A stretch of DNA of 64,000 nt from the human T2T-CHM13v2.0 reference genome, Homo sapiens: the NCBI RefSeq assembly GCF_009914755.1, contig NC_060941.1. One strand, 5' to 3'. Shown here one piece after another: positions 51,854 to 64,000 of the stretch (position 1 is the first letter of the stretch; the number at the start of each line of letters is the position of its first letter). Under the pieces are notes generated by a model. That model searched no databases. It worked only from the letters and a program-made list of their open reading frames with translations, and was not told the origin of the DNA. The translations under genes and the position numbers were made by a program.

Positions 51854-52229
51854 TGCTATAGACTGGATGTTGGTGTGCCTTCAAAATTATGTTGAAGCCT
51901 CATCACCAGTGTGATGACATTTGGATGTGGGGCCTTTGGGAGGTGAATGGTGATGAGAGTAAAGCCCGTATGAATGAACGAATCCTGTTCCATGCATGAG
52001 ATTTATGACCTTATAAAAGAGTTCCTAGAGAGCATCCTCATTTCTTCCACCATGTGAAGTTACAATGAAGACAGCTGTCTATGAACCAGGAAACAGATCC
52101 TCACCAGACACCAGATCTGTAGGCACCTTGATCTTGACTCCCCAGCTTCCACAACGGTGAGAATTTCTATTGTTTATAAGCCAGCCAGTTGATGGCATTT
52201 TAATATAGCAGCTTGAATAGAACAAGACA
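51854..52229 (+). mobile_element. MLT1A-type MaLR solo LTR
   Basis: TGCTAT...AAGACA with 5-bp TSD ACAAC. Confidence 0.88.
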
Positions 52230-53338
52230 ACAACCTAGCACAAAAGTTTTTAGGATGCTACTAAAGCACGACTTATGGAAGTTTAGTGCTCTAAATGCAT
52301 ATATTAGTAAAGAAGAAAGATGTGAAATCAATGATCAGACTCAAGGAGCTAATAGTATGATCATCTCAATAAATGCAGACAAAGGGTATGACGAAATTCA
52401 GTGTCCATCCATGATACAAATTATCAGCAAAATAGAAACGAAAGGGAACTTCTTCAGCCTGAGGAAGGCTATCTATATTTAAAACTCTCAGAGCTAACAT
52501 CATACTTACAGGTGGAACATGGAACATTTTTTATCTAAGATCAGGAACAAGGCTATGACGTCTATTCTGACAGCATCTGTTGAACATTTTATTAGAAGTC
52601 CCAGATTGTTCAATAAGGCAGGGGGGAAGAAAGCAAAAAGGTATGAAAGGGAGCTGTAAAGGTGCATTTGCAGATGACATGATTGTACACCCAGAAAACG
52701 ATAAAGTCTATTTAAAAACTACTAGAACTAGTAAGTAAATCTAATAAATTTGCACATACAGTCAATAGTAAAAGGCAATATATTTCTATATACCAGTGAT
52801 AAAGAACGGAGAAAAAATAAAAGTAAAAAAATCCATTATAACGGCATCAAAAGCCATATTACATACTCAGAAATAAATCTAACTGAAGATGTGTAAGACC
52901 TCTATAATAAAAACTATAAAACATTGCTGGGAGAAATGAAAGAAGGCCTAAAAAAAGGAGAACTGGCCTGACCCATATGGTAGTTCTATCTGTGGTTTTC
53001 TGAGGAACCCCCATGCTGTTCTCCATCATAGCTGTACTAGTTCACATTCCCACCTACAGTATAAAAGAGTTCCTTTTTTTCTCCACATATCCTCACCCTC
53101 ATTTGTTATTTTTTTTTTTTTCATATATTGGTTGCTCATTTATAAGAGAGAACACGGTATTTTAAAGATACTGGTTCATTTTTTTTTCAATTGACAGATA
53201 TCGTACAGAATTTTATACATTGAATGCAATCTTAATCAAAATTCTAGCAGGCTTTTAAAATGAAACCTGCAAGCCAATTCTAAAATTTACAAAGAAAATT
53301 ATTTAGAATAACCAAAATAATCTTAACAAAGAAAAACA

Positions 53339-53657
53339 GGCTGGATGCGGTGGCTCACGCCTGTAATCCCAGCACTTTGGGAGGCCTAGGCGGGTGGATC
53401 ATGAGGTCAGGAGATTGAGACCATCCTGGCTAACATGGTGAAACCCCGTCTCTACTAAAAATACAAAAAATTAGCCAGGCGTGATGGTGGGCTCCTGTAG
53501 TCCCAGCTACTCGGGAGGCTGAGGCAGGAGAATGGCATGAACCCGGGAGGCGGAGCTTGCAGAGAGCCAAGAAAGGCACCCACTGCACTCCAGCCTGAGC
53601 AACAGAGCGAGACTCCATCTCAAACAAAACAAAACAAAACAAAACAGAACAAAACAA
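53339..53657 (+). mobile_element. AluY-like with (CAAAA)n tail
   Basis: Full dimer. Confidence 0.93.
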
Positions 53658-53776
53658 GTTGGAGGTATTATGTTACCAAAATTCACAATTTATTATAAAT
53701 ATATACTAATCAAGAGAGTCTGATATTAGAATAAGGACAAACACATCAATGGAACAAAACAGAGTCCAGATAGACT

Positions 53777-53801
53777 TGTGTGTGTGTGTGTGTGTGTGTG
53801 T
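53777..53801. repeat. (TG)n microsatellite
   Basis: Directly visible. Confidence 0.95.
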
Positions 53802-54107
53802 ACATGCACACACGCACGTGCTCAATTCTCAACAAAGGAAAGAAAATTCTTTTCAACATATGGTGCTGGAAAAACTGGATATATGTATGAGGAAGTAAAA
53901 AACCCCTCAACCCTTTTCTCTCCATACCAAAAAAAAAAAAAAATTGTGATGGTTCATAGACTTAACTGTAAAACCTAGAACTGTAAAGCTTCTAAAAGAA
54001 AAAAAAAAAAGAGAGAAAATTTTTATAGCCTGGAGTAGGTAGGCAAAAATTTCTTGGACAGGACATAAAAAGACTATCCACAAAAGAAAAGAGATTGGTC
54101 AATCTGA

Positions 54108-54313
54108 TTTAGCAAATCCTCAAAGGAAGTGATTTCTAGATTTTGTGACATCCTGATGCTCTGGGCATAGTATTCTTCCTAAAATGTAATGGGAGGACTT
54201 GGACACATGGCTTCAGTCTTTGTCTCATCAGCATTGAACACAGTTCTGTTTATATATAGTAGCATATGTAAAAGTGGACATTTTTATGATCCACGCCTCA
54301 TTCTCTATCAAGA
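54108..54313 (+). repeat. 206-bp duplicate of 56108-56620 (minus its AluY)
   Basis: ~93% identity by hand alignment. Confidence 0.93.
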
Positions 54314-54748
54314 GAAATTTTCTGTTCATCCAAAGATACTATTACAAAAATTAATAAATAAGCCACAGAATGGTAGAAAATATTTGTAGAACATATATCT
54401 GACATAGTATTTGTATCTAGAGTATATAAAGATCTCCTACATATTAACAATAAAGAAAAGCTAACTTTAAAATAGGCAAAAGATCTGAACAGATGTTTTA
54501 CAGAAGAAGATATACAAATGGCCAATAAACACATGAAAAACAGCTCAAATATTGTTAAGTCATTAGGGAAATGCAAATTTCAACCAAAATAAGATACTGC
54601 TTCACACTCACTACAGTGTGCAAACTAAAGACTTACAATACTAATTGTTGGGGGAAAATATGGCACAAAGGGCGCTGTACAAGTATTTGTCAATTCTCAT
54701 CAAGTTAACCATATATCTACCATCTTACCCAGAAACTTTACTCCTAGG

Positions 54749-55042
54749 TTTTTTGTTTTTTGTTTTTTGAGGTGGCATCTTGCTCTATTACCACCCTGGA
54801 GCTGGAGTGCAGTGGCACGATCTCCGCTCACTGCAACCTCCGCTTCCGAGTTCAAGCAATTCTCCAGCCTCGCCCTCCTGAGTAGCTGGGATTTACAGGC
54901 ACGCGCCACTGCGCCTGTCTAATTTTTGAATTTTTAGTAGAGACGGGGTTTCACCATGTTGGCCAGGCTGGTCTTGAACTCCTAACCTCAGGTGATCCAC
55001 CTGCCTCGGCTGGGATTACAGGCATGAGCCATCATGCCTGGC
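54749..55042 (-). mobile_element. AluS with small deletions
   Basis: TSD ACTCCTAGGT. Confidence 0.93.
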
Positions 55043-55502
55043 TCACTCCTAGGTATTTACCAAACGGAAATAAAAGCCTATTTCTCAAAAAAAAAAAAAA
55101 AAAAAGCCTGTACAAAAATATACATAGCAACCTTATTCATGAGGGCCCCAAACTAGAAACAACCCAAATATCCATCATTAGGAGAACAGAAAAGCAAATT
55201 GGGGTATATCTGTTAATGGAATACTATTCGGCAATAGAAAGCATGAGCTACTCATGCATGCCACAACTGTCTAAATCTCAAAAAGTTTTGTTGGCTAAAA
55301 ATAAGAAAACAATCATTATATGCTTTGTGATTCCATTTATAAGAAATACAAGGATAAACCTAGCCTACAAAATAGACATCAGAAAGTGGTTGCCTCTGGG
55401 GTGCTTGACTAGAAAGGGACATGAGGAAACTTTCTGGGAGGATGGAAATGTTCGAAAGGTCATACAAATTCACGCAAATGGGTACAGCTGTCAAAACACA
55501 CA

Positions 55503-55580
55503 GAAGGGAGGAAGGGAAGTCAGGAGGGAGGGAAGCAGGGAGGGAGGGAGCTGGCAGGCGGGCAGGCAGGCAGGCAGGCA
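55503..55580. repeat. (GGAA/GGGA/GGCA)n purine-rich repeat
   Basis: Directly visible. Confidence 0.85.
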
Positions 55581-55594
55581 AGACAAAACAAATG

Positions 55595-56575
<981 letters not shown>

Positions 56576-57053
56576 AAAAAGTGGGCATTTTTATGATCTG
56601 TGCCTCATTCTCTATCAAGACAGTCCACAGTAACAATCATGCTTTGTACTTGGCCTTGTAGTTGACTCTGAGCTTGGTACACTGTTCTCACGCAACCGAA
56701 TACAATCAGTATTGCGTGATGCATCAACGCCACAATACATAATACAAAATTCAGGGCTAATAGCCTCTGTTACTATAAGAAAATCAAGTGCAAAATATTC
56801 CTTGTCTGACAAGAAATACAGTATGTCGGATGTTATATGTTAACTGGGTTTCTAGATAGATTTCTTTGTAAGTTTATAAATATTCATAATATGACTTAGA
56901 GGTAAATCAATAAATCTGTAGCAGATTAGATCAATGAAAACCAGTAGTCAACACTTGTAGGGATTAATGTTTTAATCTAGACCGAAAACGAAGTTTTTCA
57001 TTTTGGTTGGTAAACCTCTCCTCTTTATTAGTTGTTGTTTCTAAACAACTCTA

Positions 57054-57421
<368 letters not shown>

Positions 57422-57507
57422 TAAACATTATCCAAATACCCCAGTATAACAACAGTGTAATTCCCCCATGTGTTCACTACAATTTGACATAAACATATAC
57501 ATTTTTT

Positions 57508-57811
57508 CGGGCGTGGTGGCTCACGCCTGTAATCCCAGCACTTTGGGAGGCCGAGGTGGGCGGATCACCTGAGGTCGGGAGTTCAAAACCAGCCTGACCA
57601 ACATGGAGAAATGCCATCTGTACTAAAAATACAAAATCAGCCGGGTGTGGTGGTGCATGCCTGTAATCCCACCTACTTAGGAGGCTGAGGCAGGAGAATT
57701 GCTTGAACCCAGGAGGCGGGGGTTACAGTGAGCCAACACAGTGCCATTGCACTCCAGCCTGGGCAACAAGAGCAAAACTCTGTCTCAAAAAAAAGAAAAA
57801 AAAAAAAAAAA
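57508..57811 (+). mobile_element. AluSp-like
   Basis: TSD ~atacatttt. Confidence 0.94.
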
Positions 57812-59222
57812 ACCATACATTTTCATTTAATTGCAATATATAAGCCTCCCCCATCTAATGATATCATTTGTATTTTTTCATGTAGCTACAAAGTCTTCAG
57901 TTATAATTTCTCATGGTTACAAAATATTCATTCCATAAAATAACCATTCCTTAAATAATAGCCCATTGTTGGATACTTAGAATGTTTCTATATTTCTAAA
58001 TAATGAGTCTATAAATTCTTTCCTCCATTATCATTGGTTCTTTTTAATCATTTCCTTAACAAAGTGTGATTATGACTGCCTCATAAACTTTGAAACAGAT
58101 TGCCAAATTACTTTTTAATAGACTTATACTGCCACTGTTGGTTTGATGGGATTCATTCCACTTGTCAGTTATGACCTCAGAAGATTTCCTAGGCCAGAGA
58201 GCCTTGGGGAATTCCCACTCTGCAGACCAGGCACTACCAAGGTGGGAATTTCCCTAACCACAGTCTATTAAGAGCAAATTAAATACAGGTTTCAGAGTAT
58301 AGGTTGTGAAACAACCAGCTGACTAGTTCAGATTCCTGACTGTAGAGCCTCCAAAGAGAAACTGATACCCTGCTTCCTGGTCAGTACTTGCATTTGGTTT
58401 CACGAAGGAGCTTATATTTCAATCACATGTTAATCTGAGATATCGAGTGACATTCCAGCACAGAATGGACAAAATGGAACAACGTAAAGTATACCACAAA
58501 ATGACAGCATCACAAGGATTAAGAAATATTATATGATGTCAAAATACCCGACTCCAATAATACTTCATCATTTTTCTACTCTCAATTACAGCCTCAATAC
58601 ATTCTATATATAGGGAGAGAGTTTGCTATATATTTTCAGATACATTTGGTGCCTTTTTATACTCATAACGGACTCATAATGGCAGTAGTAAAGTCATTAT
58701 GTTATTATGCTTTTTGCTTATGTTCTTAATAATATTTGAAGACAAATGTTAAAAAAAATCTATAGTGAAGATAGAGTTTTTCTTGAGGGTATTAGTTTAA
58801 TTCCCTCCGTTCCCTATAATTGATATCATACTCAAATTTATCAATGGAAACCAAAAATGGGGGGTGGTGGTGACCTCTGATAATACCGTACACTAGGAAA
58901 AGATACATTCCAGAGAACAGGGACACAAGGAAAAACCAATCTGTGACTTCTTAAAGGAAAGGTAATGCTTTGCCTATGGCATCCTATGGCAGGGAGCTGC
59001 AAGGAACTCCCGCAGATCAAAGTGGAGCCTCTGGGAACCACCCAGGCTTTGGGGACACAGGGAAAGCTCCTTTGCCTGGCAGAAATTCCCCTTGGCCACA
59101 CTCGCTCACACCTTATACACAGCCAGATGGGCCAGGTTAGGCAAAAAACACAGGCTCCTTTCCGACTTCCTCTTGACCATAAACCATGGTCTCTCATCTA
59201 GGCTTAAAAATGTGTAACAGGA

Positions 59223-59856
<634 letters not shown>

Positions 59857-60151
59857 TTAAAAGACATTAAAGAGGCAAAACAGTTAAACGCAATCTGTAA
59901 TCTGATTGCTGGAGCACCCCCTCAAAAAAAAGTGACAAAACTTTATTGGGGCAATGGCAGCAATTTAAATAGAAACTCCATATTAGTCATTATTACCATA
60001 TCAAAGTTAAGTTTCTTGGATATGCTAATGACACTGCAGTTATATAGGAAAACAACCTACACAGAAGAATATTAGGAGATAGATTAGGAACAGATGCCAA
60101 AGTATATAGAAGCATTACGAGACACCCTCACCTTACTTCAAACCATTCACA

Positions 60152-60504
<353 letters not shown>

Positions 60505-60719
60505 TCATGCAGCAACAAAAAAGCAAAACAAATGTGGCTAAACGTTAACAACTGGTGAATCTAGTAAATGAAGGGTGACCAGATATGCCTGAAGAATATA
60601 CTGTTAACTTTTCTGTAGCTTTAGAAAAACCTTTAAAATAAAAAGATGAGGGAAAAAAAAAAGCCACAGACTTAGATTGGGTTACAGAAAAAGAGAGAGA
60701 GAAAAAAAAAAAGGAAACC

Positions 60720-62990
60720 ATATTGCTATATAGATGGGAAGCATATGGCAGAGTAGGGTAACTAAAGTCCTAGATTTCACACTGGAGAAATAAAAAGGGA
60801 GCCTCAGGAGCCAAAATGCACCAGGAAGATCACAGACTGGGAGGAGCTTAGAAAAGCAACCCCTTAAAGTTGTTCATGAAGTCCTGGATTCTCCTTTGAG
60901 AAGTGCATACACGGAGCTGACCCCAAATAGTATACGTAGACATTGAGAGCTGAACTACAGGAGAGAAAACCACCCAACTCCCAGTCTGGTCACTGGCTAC
61001 TGCACCTGTGGGACAGACCCAAACAGTACTGGAAAGACTTTGAAAACTTCTTCAATGGTAGTTGGAACCTGTGGCCTCAACTCAACCAGGGCAATTGCCT
61101 GCTAAAATAAAAAATATCAACATCTCTGTAGGATTTAAACCAACAGCCAGAGTCTCATAAAATAATAATCAAAATGTCCAGGATACAACGCAAAATTTTG
61201 CAGCATATGAACATCCGGAAAATTTCAAGTTGCATAAGAAACCTGGGAAAAGACAACAAGATGCCATTGCTAAGAAGCATAGTTGTTGGAGTTATCTGAC
61301 AAAGACTTTAAAGCAGCTATAATAAAAATGCTGGGCCAGGCATTTTTGGGAGCTGAATCGTGATGATTGTTTGAGCCCAGGAGTTCAAGATCAGTCTGGA
61401 CAACATAGTGAGAACCTGTCTCTACAAAAAATAAAAAATTAGCTGGGCATAGTGGCATGCATCTGTAGTTTCAGCTTCTCAGCAGGCTAAGAAAGGAGAA
61501 TCACTTGAGCCCAGGAGGTTGAGGCTACAGTGAGCTGTGACTGCACCACTACACTTCAGCCTGGATGACAGAGTGAGACCCTGTTTCAAAAATACAAAGT
61601 AAATAAAAATAAAAATGCTCCAAGAAGTAATGGTGAACACTCTTGAAATATAGTCTCAGCAAAGAAACAAAAAATATAGAGAAGAACCAAATGCAACTTT
61701 TGAAACTGAAAAACACAATAACCAAATTTGAAAACTCACTGGATGGGATCAATAGCAGAATGGACATGATACAGGAAAGAGGTGGTGAACTGGAAGATAG
61801 TTCCAATAAAAATGAATAGAGCCTCAAGGACCTATGGGATAATGGGAAAAAGTCAAACATTCATGCCACTGGAGTCTCAGAAGAGAGAAAAAAGAGTGTG
61901 GGCCAGAAAAAATACGTGAACAAATAATGGTTGAAAGTTTTCTAAATTTGGCAAAGAACATACACCTACATATTTGAGAAGCTCAGCAAACCCCAAACAA
62001 GATAAACACAAAGAAGTCCAGGCCACAACACATCATATCCAAATTGCTGAACACTAAAGACAAAGAAAAAAATAATTGAACACAACCAAAGAAAAACAAC
62101 ACATTGCTTTATAGGGGAACAAAAATTTCAAAGACTGGATTTCTCATCAAAAATCAGAGGCCAGAAGGAAGTATAGCACCAGTTTTAAAGTGCTGAAAGA
62201 AAAGAGCTATCAACACAAAATTCTATAACCAGCAAAACTATCCTTCAGCACCGAGGTGAAATAAAGATACTCTAGACGAAGAAGTACTAAGAAAATATGT
62301 TGTCAACAGATCTACTCTAAGAGAACAGCTAAAGGAAGTTCTTCAGACAGAAGAAAAACGATACCAGTAGGAAACCTGAAACGAAGGATGAACAGCAGAA
62401 ATGGTAAACATTTGGATAAATATTCTCCAGCTGACTTCTCTGTTTGGTGGATGAAAACCAAACTCATACTGTCTGATCTTCAATGCACGTAAGTATAATA
62501 CATAAGACAATTATATACCATAGAGCAGGGTAGGCAAATGGGCCTATAGGGTGTAAGGTTGATACACTCCATGTGAAAAGATTAGATACTGATTCTAAGT
62601 AGACTGTAAATTTTTAAGTATGTATATTGTCATCCCTAGTTACCACTAAAACAATCTATACAAAAAGCTACAGTAAATAACAAAATAGAAAAATAAAAAA
62701 GCGGTACTAAGAAGTTCATATATATGATACAATTTATATGACATTATCCCAAAGACAAAAGTTTAGTGACAGAGGACAGGTCAGTCAGTGGTTGTCAGGA
62801 GTTAGGAATGGGTGAGAGTATGGTCGGTTTACAAAAGAAACACAAGGAAGTTTCTGGAGCAATGGAATGGTTCTGGGTCCCATTTGTGTAGTGGCTAAAC
62901 AAACCTACACATGTGTAAAAATTCACAGAACAACAAACACAGTCAATTTTGTTTTGTGTTAATTTAAGAATTAAAATTTAAAAATATACA
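60720..62990 (+). mobile_element. Old L1M (5'UTR/ORF1 region followed by a 3'-end fragment)
   Basis: aaaactcactggatgggatcaatagcaga; gaagctcagcaaaccccaaaca; ttttaaagtgctgaaagaaaa. Confidence 0.8.
61334..61614 (+). mobile_element. AluJ
   Basis: Diverged dimer; TSD AATAAAAATGCT. Confidence 0.88.
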
Positions 62991-63320
62991 AGAGAGATAC
63001 AGGTAAAGGTAGAATCTAAGAGAACACAGTATGTAAAGAACAAGAGGAGGAAAAACAATAGAAGCAAAGCAAGTGGCAAAAACAAAAACAAAAACAAAAC
63101 AAAGAAAAAACCCACACTGTTGTCACAGAGGGCAGCGCCGCAAGGAAGGGAGTGTGGAATTTGCCATGTCTACTGGATGGGCTACTGGGCAGTCAGTGTC
63201 AACCATGCTAAGCGCGGCTTTGGATGTGGGAGGGATGGGGAGAGAGAGCAAAGTGTCTGAATTGCAGGAATGTATACATGTCAAAGTGTGGGAATGGGAA
63301 AACAGCCAAGTCTGGACTAG

Positions 63321-63645
<325 letters not shown>

Positions 63646-63767
63646 GAAAAGCTCATATTATTTAAAACCATAACAACAACTGCCAATATTTAGTAAAAAT
63701 TGCCAGATGCTAAGCCATTGTTTCTCAATCTAGAGGCACAAACAGTTATAAAGTTTAAAAAAGTTTG

Positions 63768-64000
63768 GCCAGGCACAGTGGCTCATGCCTGTAATCCCAG
63801 CACTTTGGGAGGCCGAGGCAGGTGAATCACGAGGTCAGGAGTTTGAGACCAGCCTGGCCTGGCCTGGCCGACATGATGAAACCCCATCTCTACTAAAAAT
63901 ACAAAAAAATAGCTGGGCGTAGTGGCGGGCGCCGTAATCCCAACTACTCGGCAGGCTGAGGTAGGAGAATCACTTGAACCCGGGAGGCAGAGGTTGCAGT
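63768..64000 (+). mobile_element. AluS, cut by the window end
   Basis: Left arm plus part of right arm; (cctgg)x3 slippage. Confidence 0.94.

Larger units (their letters stand above)
51200..55500 (+). mobile_element. Long fragmented old L1M (ORF2 to 3' end) with nested L1PA, MLT1A, Alus and a duplicated insert
   Basis: tgatcatctcaataaatgcaga..; atttgcagatgacatgattgt; aaaactataaaacattgctg; caaatggccaataaacacatgaaaa. Confidence 0.8.

Overview
Primate (human-like) genomic DNA. It is CpG-depleted and very repeat-rich, with about 65-70 Alu copies (roughly 30% of the window) plus old L1/L2/L3/MIR, DNA transposons and at least seven solo LTRs. The only protein-coding sequence I can support is one 102-nt minus-strand exon at 47533-47634, which is absent from the ORF track. 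It encodes (E)IIDDLANLVENTDEKLRNETRRVNMVDRKSASC(G), the C-terminal half of the Qc-SNARE motif of syntaxin-8 (STX8, penultimate exon, 17p13.1 in human). The rest of the window is therefore STX8 intron. All ORF-track ORFs are Alu/L1/LTR-derived or chance ORFs. I found no new multi-gene system. The most notable observations are: (1) three short same-orientation copies duplicated from 2-3 kb away (18817<-21976, 32148<-29179, 54108<-56108), which look like microhomology-mediated templated insertions; (2) an Alu with an ~80-bp target-site duplication; (3) a stop-free, frame-preserving candidate cryptic/recursive exon at 36354-36521; (4) an antisense LTR12 promoter aimed at the STX8 exon and an AP-1-bearing LTR10; (5) paired AhR (XRE) and paired NF-kB motifs, plus several repeat-free, motif-rich candidate enhancers. 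Repeat family names come from my recall of consensus sequences and identities are hand counts. Boundaries of old repeats are approximate.
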